Source: an uncultured Alphaproteobacteria bacterium (GTDB lineage Bacteria > Pseudomonadota > Alphaproteobacteria > Rhizobiales > Beijerinckiaceae). From it: a stretch of 64,000 nt of DNA. The position numbers and the translations under genes are program-made. The stretch spans positions 26,503 to 90,502 of the forward strand of contig CAVYIZ010000062.1 in NCBI GenBank assembly GCA_963768555.1, read 5' to 3'. Under the pieces are notes generated by a model. The model was given only the letters and a program-made list of their open reading frames with translations, was not told the DNA's origin and searched no databases. Shown here piece by piece: positions 26,450-36,883 of this stretch. Every line of letters starts with the position of its first letter. Within the stretch, counting starts at the first letter, position 1.

Positions 26450-27773
26450 GGCGACGCCCAAAAACTATCGCATCAGGTCGAATTTCTCGGCGCGATAGCG
26501 TAGTTCCATTCGGGATGAAAGGGATCACGGGTTATGTTGAGGGTCGCCATTTCCTCGTCGGAGACTTTGATGCCTTTTGGATAGGCGTGGGCATCGAGTT
26601 CGAGCGGATCGTCAGGCCGGTCTTGGTTGTGGTGTTCGCGATCAGTTCGATCGCGACGATAACGCTTGTGAGCGGCGTTCCACGCCAGTTCTGGGTGATG
26701 TGGCAGAACATCCGGTGCTCGATCTTGTTCCACTTGGAAGTGCCGGGCGGATAATGGCAGACGTGTAAGGTCAGGCCCGTTTCGTCGGCGAGTTGTTGAA
26801 GGGCCACCTTCCAGAGCCGAAGCCGCGAACCATTCGAACCCCCTCCATCGGCCGCAATCATCAATCGGGTCATCGCGGTATAACGTCCGCGGCCCATCCG
26901 ATCCAACCAGAGGCGAACGCCGTTGACGGCGAACTGTCCGGTGTCATGGTTGATCCCCAAACTGACATAGCCCTCGTTGGCGCCGATGTCGTAAACTCCA
27001 AAGGGGAGACCTTGCCCAGTTCCGCATCCTCGAAGTCGTGAGTGTTGACCTCGATCGGCTTGCCCTGGGGCCCATAGTCGCTGCCGCCATTCTTGAATTC
27101 GCCGATCAACTCTTTCTTCTTCGTGTCGACGGAAATCACGGGTTGATCGGCGGCCTGGAACGCTTTCACCTTGGCGTTGATATATTCAAACTGGGCGTCG
27201 CGATCGGCATGGCTGCTCCCCTCCTTGGTCTTGCGGTTGAAATGGCGACAATATTTCAGCTCCGCCAGAAGTTTGGGAATGCTCGAGGAACTCACTTTGT
27301 GACCCATCCCCCGAAGCGCCGTCGCCAACTTCTCATGGCTCTTGGAGACCCATCGCAGCGGTCGCATCGGATCACCCATCGTCGCGGGCTCGAGCAATCC
27401 TTGAAGGTCTTCCAAAAGAGTCGGGTCCTTGGTCGTCAACCGAGGACTGCCCCCGCCCGCGCGGCGTATCTTCCCGGTCAACGAAGCGGGATCGCGCAGG
27501 TCTTTCAGACCGCGTCCGATCGTACTTCGCGCGACCTTCGTCGCGCGCGCGGTCGCCGCGATCCCGCCGTAACCCGCCGCCTTCGCCTCCGCCGCGGCGG
27601 CCAAACGTCGACCTCGCTCATCCAGCGAGGAACGAACGGCTTCATACCGGATACGAACGGGTAATTCGTCTATCATTTACCAAACATAACCGATGTCCTC
27701 GCGGACATGAATCCATCAACGCGACAGTCCAGTTAAACATCGAATCCGGATTCACGTATTTCTGGGCGTCGCC
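26450..27773 (-). mobile_element. ISAzo13-family IS (transposase 27676..26473, frameshifted)
   Basis: TIR GGCGACGCCCA; TTA on both flanks; PVISVDTKKKELIG, ADGGGSNG, HYPPGTSKWNKIEHR, FHPEWNY. Confidence 0.93.
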
Positions 27774-27880
27774 TTAGTGGTGAATTTTCACCACAACTTA
27801 ACACACAGAAGCACGAAGGCGTCGAAACTGAAACCAGAAGGCAGGCCGCTCGTGGCGGCGAAGGCCGGTTAGGAGGTTCG

Positions 27881-28696
27881 ATGACGCCAGGGAGACGACG
27901 AGCTGTTCGGCGTCGAACTCCCCAAGACCCTGAAGGCCACGCGCCACGGCGCAATCGCCCATCTACGCCTCACCCGCTCGAAGAAGCGCAACGCGCTCGA
28001 CGACGTCACCGTGCTGGGGCTCAAGACGTTCTTCAACCATCTGCCGAAAGAGATCCGCGCCGTGGTCCTGACCGGCGAAGGCGCGGATTTCTCGGCCGGG
28101 CTCGACCTCTCGGAAGTCGCCGGAGAGCGCGGTCCGCTCGATGGCGTGCTGCATTCGCGCATGTGGCACCGCGCGTTCGAGGCGATCCAGTCGGCCGCGC
28201 GCCCGTCATCGCCGCGCTGCACGGCGCCGTCGTCGGCGGTGGGCTGGAATTGGCCGCCGCGACCCACATCCGCATCGCCGAACGCGGGACCTATCACGGC
28301 CTACCCGAGGGCCAGCGCGGCATCTTTCTCGGCGGCGGCGGCTCGGTGCGCATCGCCCGCCTGATCGGCGTCCCGCGCGTGCAGGACATGATGCTGACCG
28401 GCCGGACGCTCAACGCCGAGGAAGGCCGCCACGCATGGGGAATCACGCAATATCTGGTCGACGAAGGCAAGGGGCTTGAGAAGGCGATGGAGCTCGCCGC
28501 CAAAGCCGCCTCCAACACGCCGACGACCAACTTCGCCGTGCTGCACGCGCTGCCGCGCATTTTCGACAGCGATCCGGCAAGTGGTCTTTTGACCAAGTCG
28601 CTGATGGCTTCCATTGCCGAGAAGAGCCCGGAAGCCCAGCCGCGGCTGAAGGATTTTTTGGAAAAGCGGGCGGCCAAGGTTTTGCGCAAGAGCTGA
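27881..28696 (+). CDS. Enoyl-CoA hydratase/crotonase (frameshifted)
   Basis: AGGAGG RBS; KRNALDD, FSAGLDL, PVIAALHGAVVGGGLELA, LPEGQRGIFLGGGGS. Confidence 0.88.
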   Translation: MTPGRRRAVRRRTPQDPEGHAPRRNRPSTPHPLEEAQRARRRHRAGAQDVLQPSAERDPRRGPDRRRRGFLGRARPLGSRRRARSARWRAAFAHVAPRVRGDPVGRAPVIAALHGAVVGGGLELAAATHIRIAERGTYHGLPEGQRGIFLGGGGSVRIARLIGVPRVQDMMLTGRTLNAEEGRHAWGITQYLVDEGKGLEKAMELAAKAASNTPTTNFAVLHALPRIFDSDPASGLLTKSLMASIAEKSPEAQPRLKDFLEKRAAKVLRKS

Positions 28697-28994
28697 AGCC
28701 GGCACGACGCGGATGCCGGAGCGAAGGGGCTTCGGGCGCGCCGCCGTCGCCCCGGAAGGACCTCCTAGCGATTGTCAAGGCCAATGAGCGGGTCTGCAAG
28801 CCCGCTCGGGTGTGAATTCATGGGCCTCCTCTCCTGCACATCAGGATAGCGCCGTGCTCGCTCCGTCAACCGCGCAAGAGCGCGATGCTTCGCTTCGCTA
28901 CGCCCCCTTCGGGGTGACTTCCGCTGCGCGCGGCGCTCTGCCCGGCGGCAGGTCGGGACGAAGGGATGGCCGTCGCGGTCGAACCCAGGGATGT

Positions 28995-30257
28995 TCAGGC
29001 GGCGGCGAGCGAGGCGGTCTCGTGGTTGGGGTCGTAGAGGGTCTGCTTTCTAAGCATGGCGCAGGCTATGGCCAACCATCGGTCGCCGAGGGTTCGCAGC
29101 GCGCGTCCATGGCTCTTGCCGCGCCGGCGCAGTGCGACGTAGCGCTTCCGGCTTTCCGGATCGGTCTCATGGCCACGCGGGCGGAGTCATAGACGGCCTC
29201 GCGCAGACGCTCGTTGCAGGCCGAGCGGCGCACCACCAGGCGCGCTTTGCCGCTGCGGCGGGTGACCGGGGCGACGCCGGACAAGACCCGCAAGACCTGA
29301 TAGTTCGGCGCCGCAGGGGCTCCGCGGCCTCGGCGAGCAGCGTGGCGAGATTGGTCCTCCCACCCCCGGCAAGGAGCGCAGGATCGTCACGTCGCGCTGC
29401 CCGGACCTCTGCCCCGGCTCGCTCTCCGGTTCGCCATCGTCCTTCTGTTCGAGGCGCGCGCAGAGCGCCTCGAGCTTCTGCTCGGCCTCCTTGATCTGGC
29501 GGTTGACCAATCGCGCCCGTTCGGCGGCGATCTTGATATGGGCTGCCGCCGCTTCGGTCGCGCCGGCGGCGACTTCGAGCGGCGTCTGGCGCAGGATGCG
29601 CAGGGTCTCGGCGGCGCCGATCCGGCGAACGCGGTGATCCTTCAGGACTTTGGCGAGACCGGCCTCATCGATCCGGGCGGCCTTGGCGGGGGTGGGCGCG
29701 AATTCCCACAGCGCCAGGAAGTTCTCGGCCGTCAGGTCGTCGGCCACTTGCAGCATCTGCGGGTAATAGCGCCACAACTGCTGGCGAATCCGATTGGCGA
29801 GACGACTGCGCTCCTGGCTCAGCTCTTCGGCGATGCGCGACCATTCGCGCAACTCGACGAGCGTGGGATCGTCGACGGCCAACCGCCGGAACGCGCGTCG
29901 ATCGGTGCGCAGGCTGTCGGCCAGCACATGCCCGTCGCGGCGGTCGTCCTTGGCGCCGGCGACCGTGAAGCGATCACGAAACCGATCGAGCTGCTCGGGG
30001 TTGATCGCGAACACCGCGAACCCCCGCTCGACGAGCGTCTCCACGACCGGCCCATGCGGCGTCTCGATCGCAACGCCGATGCGGGCGGGCGGCGCTCCGC
30101 TCCTCGCGACGAGCCAGTCGCACAACTCGCTCAAGTCCGCGCCGCCATGAGCGACCTTGCGCTCCCCGACCGTCTCCCCGTTGCGATCCAACAGGCAGAC
30201 GACATGGGTCTGGCTCGCCCAATCAAAACCAACAAACCATTCGATATCCTCAGTCAT
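28995..30257 (-). CDS. IS110 DEDD recombinase/transposase A (frameshifts in 3' part)
   Basis: FVGFDWA, VAIE, AKDDRRD, LRSLPGVG, GVAPVTRRSGK, ACNERLR. Confidence 0.93.
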
Positions 30258-30284
30258 GACCCGCCTCCTTCGGCTTCGGGCCGC

Positions 30285-30420
30285 CAGATCCGGTCGATCC
30301 CTGTACTGGCGCTCGAAGCGCGACCTCCTAACGGACCTTAAGTCGCAGCCAACCCGAGGGGGCGCATGTCCTTCCCAGGCGCTCAAAGCGCAGGGAGCCT
30401 TGGGCCGCTCCCCAAGGGCT
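30285..30420 (-). ncRNA. Predicted bridge RNA of IS110-A (target-binding then donor-binding loop)
   Basis: Minus strand AAGGCTCC-[GCGCTTTGAGCGC]-GGAAGGA matches the insertion-site flanks; TAGGAGGTC-[GCGCTTCGAGCGC]-GTACAGGGA matches the right-end/left-end junction; RNA boundaries approximate. Confidence 0.85.
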
Positions 30421-30514
30421 GGCCCGAACCGATCAGCCTACCAAGGCCTCTCGGATATCGTTACTGGTACAGGGAGCCCTTCCTTGCCGTGACCGTGAAA
30501 GTCGGATAGGACAA

Positions 30515-30532
30515 TGACCTGTTTTCTGGTCA
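30515..30532. promoter_or_regulatory. Palindromic operator candidate upstream of antitoxin
   Basis: TGACC-N8-GGTCA about 10 bp before the start codon. Confidence 0.5.
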
Positions 30533-30542
30533 GATTGGATCG

Positions 30543-30788
30543 GTGATGCTCACAGTCAATCTGGCTCAGGCGAAGGCTCGTTTGAGCGAACTTCTGGACA
30601 AAGTGGAATCGGGTGAGGAGATCGTCATCACGCGATACGGTAAGCCCGTCGCGCATATTCGGCGGGCTGTTCCGGCAAAGAAGCCGCTGCCCCTCGAAGA
30701 GCTTGCCGTCTTCCGCGCCCGCATGCCGCGCTGGGGCAAGCCGAGCGCCAAGCTGCTGCGCGAGATGCGTGACGACGAGCGCTATTGA
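30543..30788 (+). CDS. Phd/YefM-type antitoxin
   Basis: VNLAQAKARLSELLDKVESGEEIVITRYGKPVA. Confidence 0.92.
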   Translation: MMLTVNLAQAKARLSELLDKVESGEEIVITRYGKPVAHIRRAVPAKKPLPLEELAVFRARMPRWGKPSAKLLREMRDDERY

Positions 30789-31225
30789 TGCGCTATTTCG
30801 ACACCAGCTTCCTGGCGCCGCTGGTCCGCGAAGAGAGGACCAGCTCCCGCATCGCGCGGTTCATGGCCGGATTGCCGACTGGAGAGCTGGCCATCAGCCA
30901 CTGGACGGAGGTGGAGTTCGCGTCGCTTCTGGCGCGGGACGTCCGCATGCGCGCCATTATGGCCAACGAGGCCCGCGAGGCGGACGCGTTCTTCGAAGAC
31001 GTCGTCCGACAGTCGTTTGTCGTTCTGTCGCCGGGCGCGGACGACTACGCTCTGGCAAGACGCTACCTGCGCACTTATGAGGCCAGCCTGAGGGCCGGCG
31101 ATGCACTTCACCTCGCGATTGCCGGGAACCATCAGGCGGCCGCCATCTACAGCCTGGACAAGACAATGATCAAAGCCGGGAAAATCTTTGGTCTGCCGGT
31201 AAGCGCGGGGATCGAAGCGAACTGA
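30788..31225 (+). CDS. vapC: VapC PIN-domain toxin
   Basis: YFDTSFL, WTEVEFAS, LRAGDALHLAIA, SLDK. Confidence 0.9.
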   Translation: MRYFDTSFLAPLVREERTSSRIARFMAGLPTGELAISHWTEVEFASLLARDVRMRAIMANEAREADAFFEDVVRQSFVVLSPGADDYALARRYLRTYEASLRAGDALHLAIAGNHQAAAIYSLDKTMIKAGKIFGLPVSAGIEAN

Positions 31226-31271
31226 GCTGCATCCCGATCGCGCCCAGCACCGGCGCGAAAACAGGGAGGGA

Positions 31272-32973
31272 ATGTCACGGATCAAACTGACCTTCGGCCC
31301 GCCGGACGTGACCGTCGAGCGACGCGCCGACGGCGCGATGATCGTCCGCTCGCCCAATCCGCTTCCGTCCCATCCGGACGCGATGACCGACTGGCTCGAC
31401 CACTGGGCGAAGGAAGCTCCAACCCGTGTCTTCCTTGCCGAGCGGCAGGGCGAAAGACATTGGCGCATGGTCACGTACGGCGCCGCGCAACATACGGCCC
31501 GCCGCGTCGCGCAGGCGCTTATCGACCGAAAACTCTCGATCGAGCGGCCGGTCGCCATTCTCTCCGGCAACAGCGTCGACCATGCGCTGATCGGGCTCGG
31601 CGCGATGATCGCTGGCATCCCCTACGCGCCGGTCTCGCCGCCCTATTCGCTGGTCGCCAAAGATTTCGCCAAGCTGAAGGCCGTTATCGCGATCCTTACG
31701 CCGGGCCTCGTCTTCGTCGCCGACGGCGCGCCTTTCGCCGCGGCGATCGAGGCCGCCGTTCCGAAGGACGTCGAAATCGTCGCCGGGGTCAACCCGCCCT
31801 CGTCCCGCCCTTCGACGACGCTCGAAAAATTCCTGGCGAAACCCGCCGGCCCGGAAGTCGACGCGGCGCAGGCGAAGGTCAAGCCGGACACGATTGCGAA
31901 ACTCCTCTTCACCTCGGGATCGACCGGCGCGCCCAAGGGCGTCATCAACACCCAGAAGATGATGACGTCGAACCAGGCGATGCTGAAAGGCCTCAACCCG
32001 AGCTACGGCGCCGAGCCTCCGGTGCTGATCGACTGGCTTCCCTGGAGCCACACGTTCGGCGGCAACAACAACTTCAACCTCGCGCTCGCCAACGGCGGTT
32101 CGTACTATGTCGACGAGGGCAAACCCCTGCCGGGCGCGATCGAGGAGACGGCCAGAAACCTGCGCGAGGTGTCGCCGACCGTCTATTACAACGTGCCCAA
32201 AGGCTTCGAGATGCTGCTGCCCTACGTCCAGTCGGACAAGCAGCTGCGCCAAACCCTGTTCGCAAAACTGCAGGCCTTCGTCTACGCAGGCGCGGCGCTG
32301 CCGCCGCATGTGCGCGAGGAATACGAGCAGCTTGGACGCGAGAAAGCTCGCGCCGAACGGCGACAAGCTGGAAGCGCGCCTCAAGAGCCCCAGCATCACG
32401 CCGGGCTACTGGCGCCAGCCGGCGCTGACGGCGGCCGCGTTCGACGAGGAGGGTTACTACAAGATCGGCGACGCGCTGCGCTTCGCCGACGAAAGCGATC
32501 CCGAGCGCGGTCTCGTCTTCGACGGCCGCGTCGCGGAGGATTTCAAGCTCGCGACCGGCACCTGGGTCAGCGTCGGGCCGCTGCGGCTCAAATTCATCGC
32601 CCATTGCGCGCCTTACGTGACCGACGTCGTCGTGGCCGGCCACGATCGCGACGACGCGACCGCGCTCGTCGTTCCGAACCTCGCGACCTGCCGCGAACTC
32701 GTCGGCCCCGGCGCCGGGGCGAGCGACGCCGATATTCTGGCGAGCGCAGGCGTGCGGGAGAAATTCAAAAGTCTGCTCGCCGCCTTCAACCGGGCCGCGG
32801 GCGGCAGCTCCGGACGCTTCGCCCGCATCATCCTGATGGACGATCCGCCCTCGCTCGACACGGGGGAGCTCACCGACAAGGGCTCCATCAACCAGCGCGT
32901 CGCGCTCGCCTATCGCGCCGACATGGTGCAGGAACTCTATGCGGAGACGTCGACGCCGCGCACGATCGTGTGA
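31272..32973 (+). CDS. Feruloyl-CoA-synthetase-like acyl-CoA ligase (apparent internal deletion/frameshift near 32342)
   Basis: LLFTSGSTGAPKGV, DWLPWSHTFG, YKIGDA, FDGRVAEDFKLATGTWV, GELTDKGSINQ. Confidence 0.85.
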
Positions 32974-32975
32974 AC

Positions 32976-33182
32976 CTGCCTCTTCGTGTCCTCTTTGTGC
33001 TCTTCGTGGGGATTTCTTCTCACCCCCAAGGTCACAAAGGGCCACAAAGGCAGTAAGGGCGGAGCGGCCAGCACGGCTCGCTATGACGCAACCGACGTCG
33101 TCATCGCGAGCGTAGCGAAACGATCCACGAGGACTGAGTTGGGACTCTGATCGCCGTGTCGCGTCGTTCCTCGCGATCACGG
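32976..33182. repeat. Cluster of intergenic palindromic repeats
   Basis: CTTCGTG/CTTTGTG units opposed by CACAAAG units (32976-33052); CGTCATCGCGAG..CTCGCGATCACG stem (33099-33181). Confidence 0.6.
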
Positions 33183-33328
33183 TTCCGCGAAGTCGGGACA
33201 GCTGCTAACGACAGTCAAATCACAACCCGTCCGCCGCCAAATTTCCGCGCTTTGGTTTCAAAGGAAACATCGCGTGCTCTCGATTGCGAGCCCGTGAAGG
33301 CGAAAACCCATTCCGAGAGGAGGCCACC

Positions 33329-33764
33329 ATGTCCCTTGCAGCAATGATGCGCCGGACGGCGACATCCGGCGTCGCTGCGCTCGTCCTCATCGCCGTCGCC
33401 GGCGGCGCGTCCGCCCAGACGACTGCGTCGCCGCCCGTCGGCAGCCAGGCGCCGACCGCCGACAACGCCATCCTTCTCACCATCTTCCTGAAGCACGACC
33501 AGTCCCGCCCGCTCGGCGAGCTGGACGCGCAATTGGCCAAGCAAGGATTCTATAAGGCGTTTCCGCCGCCCGGCATCGAGGTCGTGAGCTGGTACGTGGC
33601 GATGGGCGTCGGCCAAGTCGTCACGCTCCGCCTGCCGGCGTCGCAGGCTGCGCGAGGTCAATCGCGTCCTGGAAGACACCGCCTGGGGCGTCTATCACAC
33701 CGAGTTTTATCCGGCCTACGACTACAAATCGATCGGCATGGAAATGCACGAGAAGGCCCAATAG
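33329..33764 (+). CDS. Secreted hypothetical protein (frameshift near 33645)
   Basis: GAGGAGG RBS; signal peptide ending ASAQ; LLTIFLKHDQSRPL..SWYVAMGVGQVVTLRLP continuing as LREVNRVLEDTAWG. Confidence 0.7.
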
Positions 33765-33883
33765 CGCGCGGCGACAGGACCGTCTTGAGATTGAAGCCTG
33801 CCGGCACAATTCAAAGCTAGCTCCGTGTCGCAAGTTTGCGCTTTCGCGGCATGCTTCGTGTCACGCCTGGCCGCGGTAGCCTA

Positions 33884-34815
33884 AAGTCTGACTCGGAAGT
33901 TCATGCGGGATTGCAGAGCCTTCGCAACATGAGGCGGATGGACGCGAAGCGGAGGAACATGAGGGCTGTGAGGTTGAGGTTCTCCCAGTCCTTGGCCAGT
34001 CTTCGGCAGCGGTTGAGCCAGGCGATCGTTCGCTCGACGATCCAGCGCTTGGGCAGCGTGACGAAGCCTTTCGCCTGATCGGATCGTTTGACGATCTCGA
34101 TCTTGACCCGAGACAGCATTTTGGCGAGCGCATCGGCGAAGATCGGCCCTTGATAGGCGCTGTCGGCGAACAGTTTTTCGAGATAGGGGAACCGGCCAAA
34201 CAGCGTCGCCAGCAGCAAAACGCCGCCGTCGCGGTCCTGGATGTCGGCGGAATGAACGATGGCCTGCATCAGCAGCCCTTGGGTGTCGACGAGAACATGA
34301 CGCTTCTTGCCCTTGATCTTCTTTCCCGCATCGAACCAGTGCGGATCGATCGAGGCCCCGCCTTTTTCCGCGCTTCTCACGCTCTGGCTGTCGATGATGG
34401 CGGCGGTTGGGCTGGCCTCGCGTTCGGCCTGCTCACGACACTTTTCGTAGAGCATGTCATGGATGCGATCCAACACGCCATCAATGCCCCAATCGCAGAG
34501 TATCGATAGACGGTGCTGCGCGGCGGCAAATCCTTGGGAAGGTAACGCCATTGGCATCCCGTGCTCAGCACGTACATGATGGCGTTGAGCGCCTCTCGCA
34601 TGTCTGTTTCGCGCCTGCGGCCTCCCCGCCTCGCCGGAGGAATGAGCGGTTCGACATGCGCCCACTCCTCATCCGTCAGGTCGCTCGGGTATCGCAAATG
34701 ATCCCGCTTGTATTTCGCTCGGTTCTCGTTCGTCCACATGGCGGCCCCAAATCAGTCCGCCTTCTATGGAATTACAACCAATTCATGGGACTCAACAACT
34801 TTCGGGCCAGACACT
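33884..34815 (-). mobile_element. IS5-family IS (transposase 34739..33901)
   Basis: [51 protein letters not shown]; imperfect TIR GTCTG..C.GAAGTT; ends approximate. Confidence 0.92.
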
Positions 34816-34928
34816 TAGAGGATGCGGCCGCCGAGATAAGGTGTCGCAAAACCGCAGCTCCAGATAAGAATTGGCACGGCGCCAGAGCCCCATTTATCAA
34901 AGCCTCGGAGCAAGGAGGAGAAACGGGC

Positions 34929-35327
34929 ATGAAGAAGAACGGGTCGCAGAAAAGCAAGTCTCCTTCTGACCTGATAGACGCGAGAATCAAGGAGCTAGGC
35001 GACTGGCGGGGCAAGATGCTCAGCCGGCTCCGGACCTTGGTCAAGGAAGCCGATCCCGAAGTCGTCGAGGAGTGGAAGTGGAGAGGGGTTCCGGTGTGGT
35101 CGCACGACGGATTGATCTGCACAGGCGAGACTTACAAGAACGTCGTGAAGATGACCTTCGCCAAAGGGGCGTCTCTGGAGGACCCTTCGGGCCTCTTCAA
35201 CTCCAGTCTTGACGGGAACACAAGGCGCGCCATCGACTTCCACGAGGGCGAGACGATAGACGAGGAGGCGTTGAAGTCTCTCGTTCGCGCCGCCGTGACC
35301 ATGAACAAGTCCAAAGCTCACAGCTAA
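34929..35327 (+). CDS. DUF1801 (YdhG-like) protein
   Basis: LGDWRGKML, EEWKWRGVPVW, TFAKGASLEDPSGLFNSSL; GGAGGAG RBS. Confidence 0.88.
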   Translation: MKKNGSQKSKSPSDLIDARIKELGDWRGKMLSRLRTLVKEADPEVVEEWKWRGVPVWSHDGLICTGETYKNVVKMTFAKGASLEDPSGLFNSSLDGNTRRAIDFHEGETIDEEALKSLVRAAVTMNKSKAHS

Positions 35328-35437
35328 TTCGCTCAGGTCGCCGCACTCAGGGACCTCTCCCGCAAGCGGGGCGAGCGGGAACTTAAGGCGATCGGCCCTA
35401 ATCGCAAAGCGCTCCGACGCGTTGAAACCGGCGGCCC

Positions 35438-36709
35438 TCAGACTGCCCCGACCAGCACGGCGCGGAAGTCGTTGACGTTGGTCAGCGTCGGGCCAGTGAC
35501 GACCTGGTCGCCGAGCGCCTCGAAAAAGGCGTGGGCGTCGTTGTCCGCCAGCCGATCCGCGGCGCGGAGACCCACGCGCGCCGCGCGAGAAATGGTGTCG
35601 GGGGCGACGATCGCGCCGGCGATCTCCTCGGCCCCGTCGACGCCATCGGTGTCCCCGGCGATGGCCCAGGTTTCTGGCTGACCGCGGAGCGCGATCGCCA
35701 AGGCGAGCAAAAACTCGACGTTGCGCCCCCCGCGCCCGGCGCCGCGCAAAGTCACGGTCGTCTCGCCGCCGCTGAGAAGCACGCAGGGCGCGCGACACGG
35801 CTGGCCATAGCGGCGGACCTGCTGGGCGATCCCCGCGAACACTTTTGCGACCTCGCGCAACTCGCCCTCGATGAAATCGCCGAGGATGAGGGGCGCGACC
35901 CCTGCGGCCTCGGCGACCGCCGCCGCCGCCGTCAACGACGCCTGCGGCCTCGCAATGAGATGAGTCTCCGCGCGCGCGAGCCGCGGGTCGCCGGGCTTGG
36001 GGGTCTCGTCCCGCTGAGCCACAAGGTGGACCGCCACGGAAGGAGGGGGCGATATCCCGTATTTCGAGAGAATGGCGCGCGCGTCGGCGAAGGTCGTCGG
36101 GTCGGAGACGGTCGGCCCGGAGGCGACGATGGCGGGGTCGTCGCCCGGCACGTCCGAGATCAGCAGCGTGACGACGCGCGCCGGCCAGGCGGCCGCGGCC
36201 AGCCGCCCGCCCTTGATGGCGCTGAGGTGCTTGCGCACGCAATTCATCTCCACGATCGAGGCGCCGGAAGCGAGCAGCGCGCGATTGACCGCCTGCTTGT
36301 CGGCGAGGCTCAGGCCCTCGGCGGGCAGGCTCAACAGGGCCGATCCTCCGCCCGAAATGAGCGCCACCACGAGATCGTCTTCGGTGAGGCCCTTGACCAT
36401 CCCGAGAATTCTCCGCGCGGCGCCCTCGCCCTTCGCATCCGGGACCGGGTGCGCGGCCTCGACGATTTCCACGCGCTTGCAAGGGACGCCGTGTCCATAG
36501 CGCGTCACCACGAGCCCCGGGAGATCGCCGGGCCAGTGGTCTTCGAACGCGCGCGCCATCGCCGCCGAGGCCTTGCCGGCGCCGACCACGATGGTCCGTC
36601 CCCTGGGCGGCGCGGGAAGATGGCGGGGCACGATTCTGGCGGGATCCGCCTCGGCGACCGCCGCATCGAACATGCGCCGCAGGAGCGCGCGCGCCGAAGC
36701 GTCATCCAT
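35438..36709 (-). CDS. Glycerate 2-kinase (MOFRL/TtuD family)
   Basis: VGAGKAS, EAAHPVPD, LISGGGSAL, SDVPGDD, SGGETTV, GGRN, GPTLTNVNDFR; downstream of glxR. Confidence 0.93.
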   Translation of the reverse strand: MDDASARALLRRMFDAAVAEADPARIVPRHLPAPPRGRTIVVGAGKASAAMARAFEDHWPGDLPGLVVTRYGHGVPCKRVEIVEAAHPVPDAKGEGAARRILGMVKGLTEDDLVVALISGGGSALLSLPAEGLSLADKQAVNRALLASGASIVEMNCVRKHLSAIKGGRLAAAAWPARVVTLLISDVPGDDPAIVASGPTVSDPTTFADARAILSKYGISPPPSVAVHLVAQRDETPKPGDPRLARAETHLIARPQASLTAAAAVAEAAGVAPLILGDFIEGELREVAKVFAGIAQQVRRYGQPCRAPCVLLSGGETTVTLRGAGRGGRNVEFLLALAIALRGQPETWAIAGDTDGVDGAEEIAGAIVAPDTISRAARVGLRAADRLADNDAHAFFEALGDQVVTGPTLTNVNDFRAVLVGAV

Positions 36710-36735
36710 GGCGTCCTCCCCACCGCTGGCCGGAC

Positions 36736-36814
36736 GCCCTCATCCGGCGCTTCGCGCCACCTTCTCCCGCAGGCGGGAGAAGGGAACGCGCCCCCTCTCC
36801 GCTTTGCGGGAGAG
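36736..36814. repeat. REP-like palindromes; the second unit is split by IS110-B and resumes at 39911-39927
   Basis: CCCTCATCCGGCGCTTCGCGCCACCTTCTCCCGCAGGCGGGAGAAGG, then CCCCTCTCCGCTTTGCGGGAGAG / GGCCGGGGTGAGGG. Confidence 0.75.
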
Positions 36815-36883
36815 ATCCTATGAGGCGGCGGGCGCTTCGACGCCTATAGTCGAAGCGTCCAAACCCGAACATAGGAATCGATC

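Larger units (their letters stand above)
28758..30475 (-). mobile_element. IS110-family element A (upstream non-coding end, no TIRs)
   Basis: Core GGA at 28758-28760 and 30473-30475; minus-strand TTGACA just inside the right end; DEDD transposase. Confidence 0.92.
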
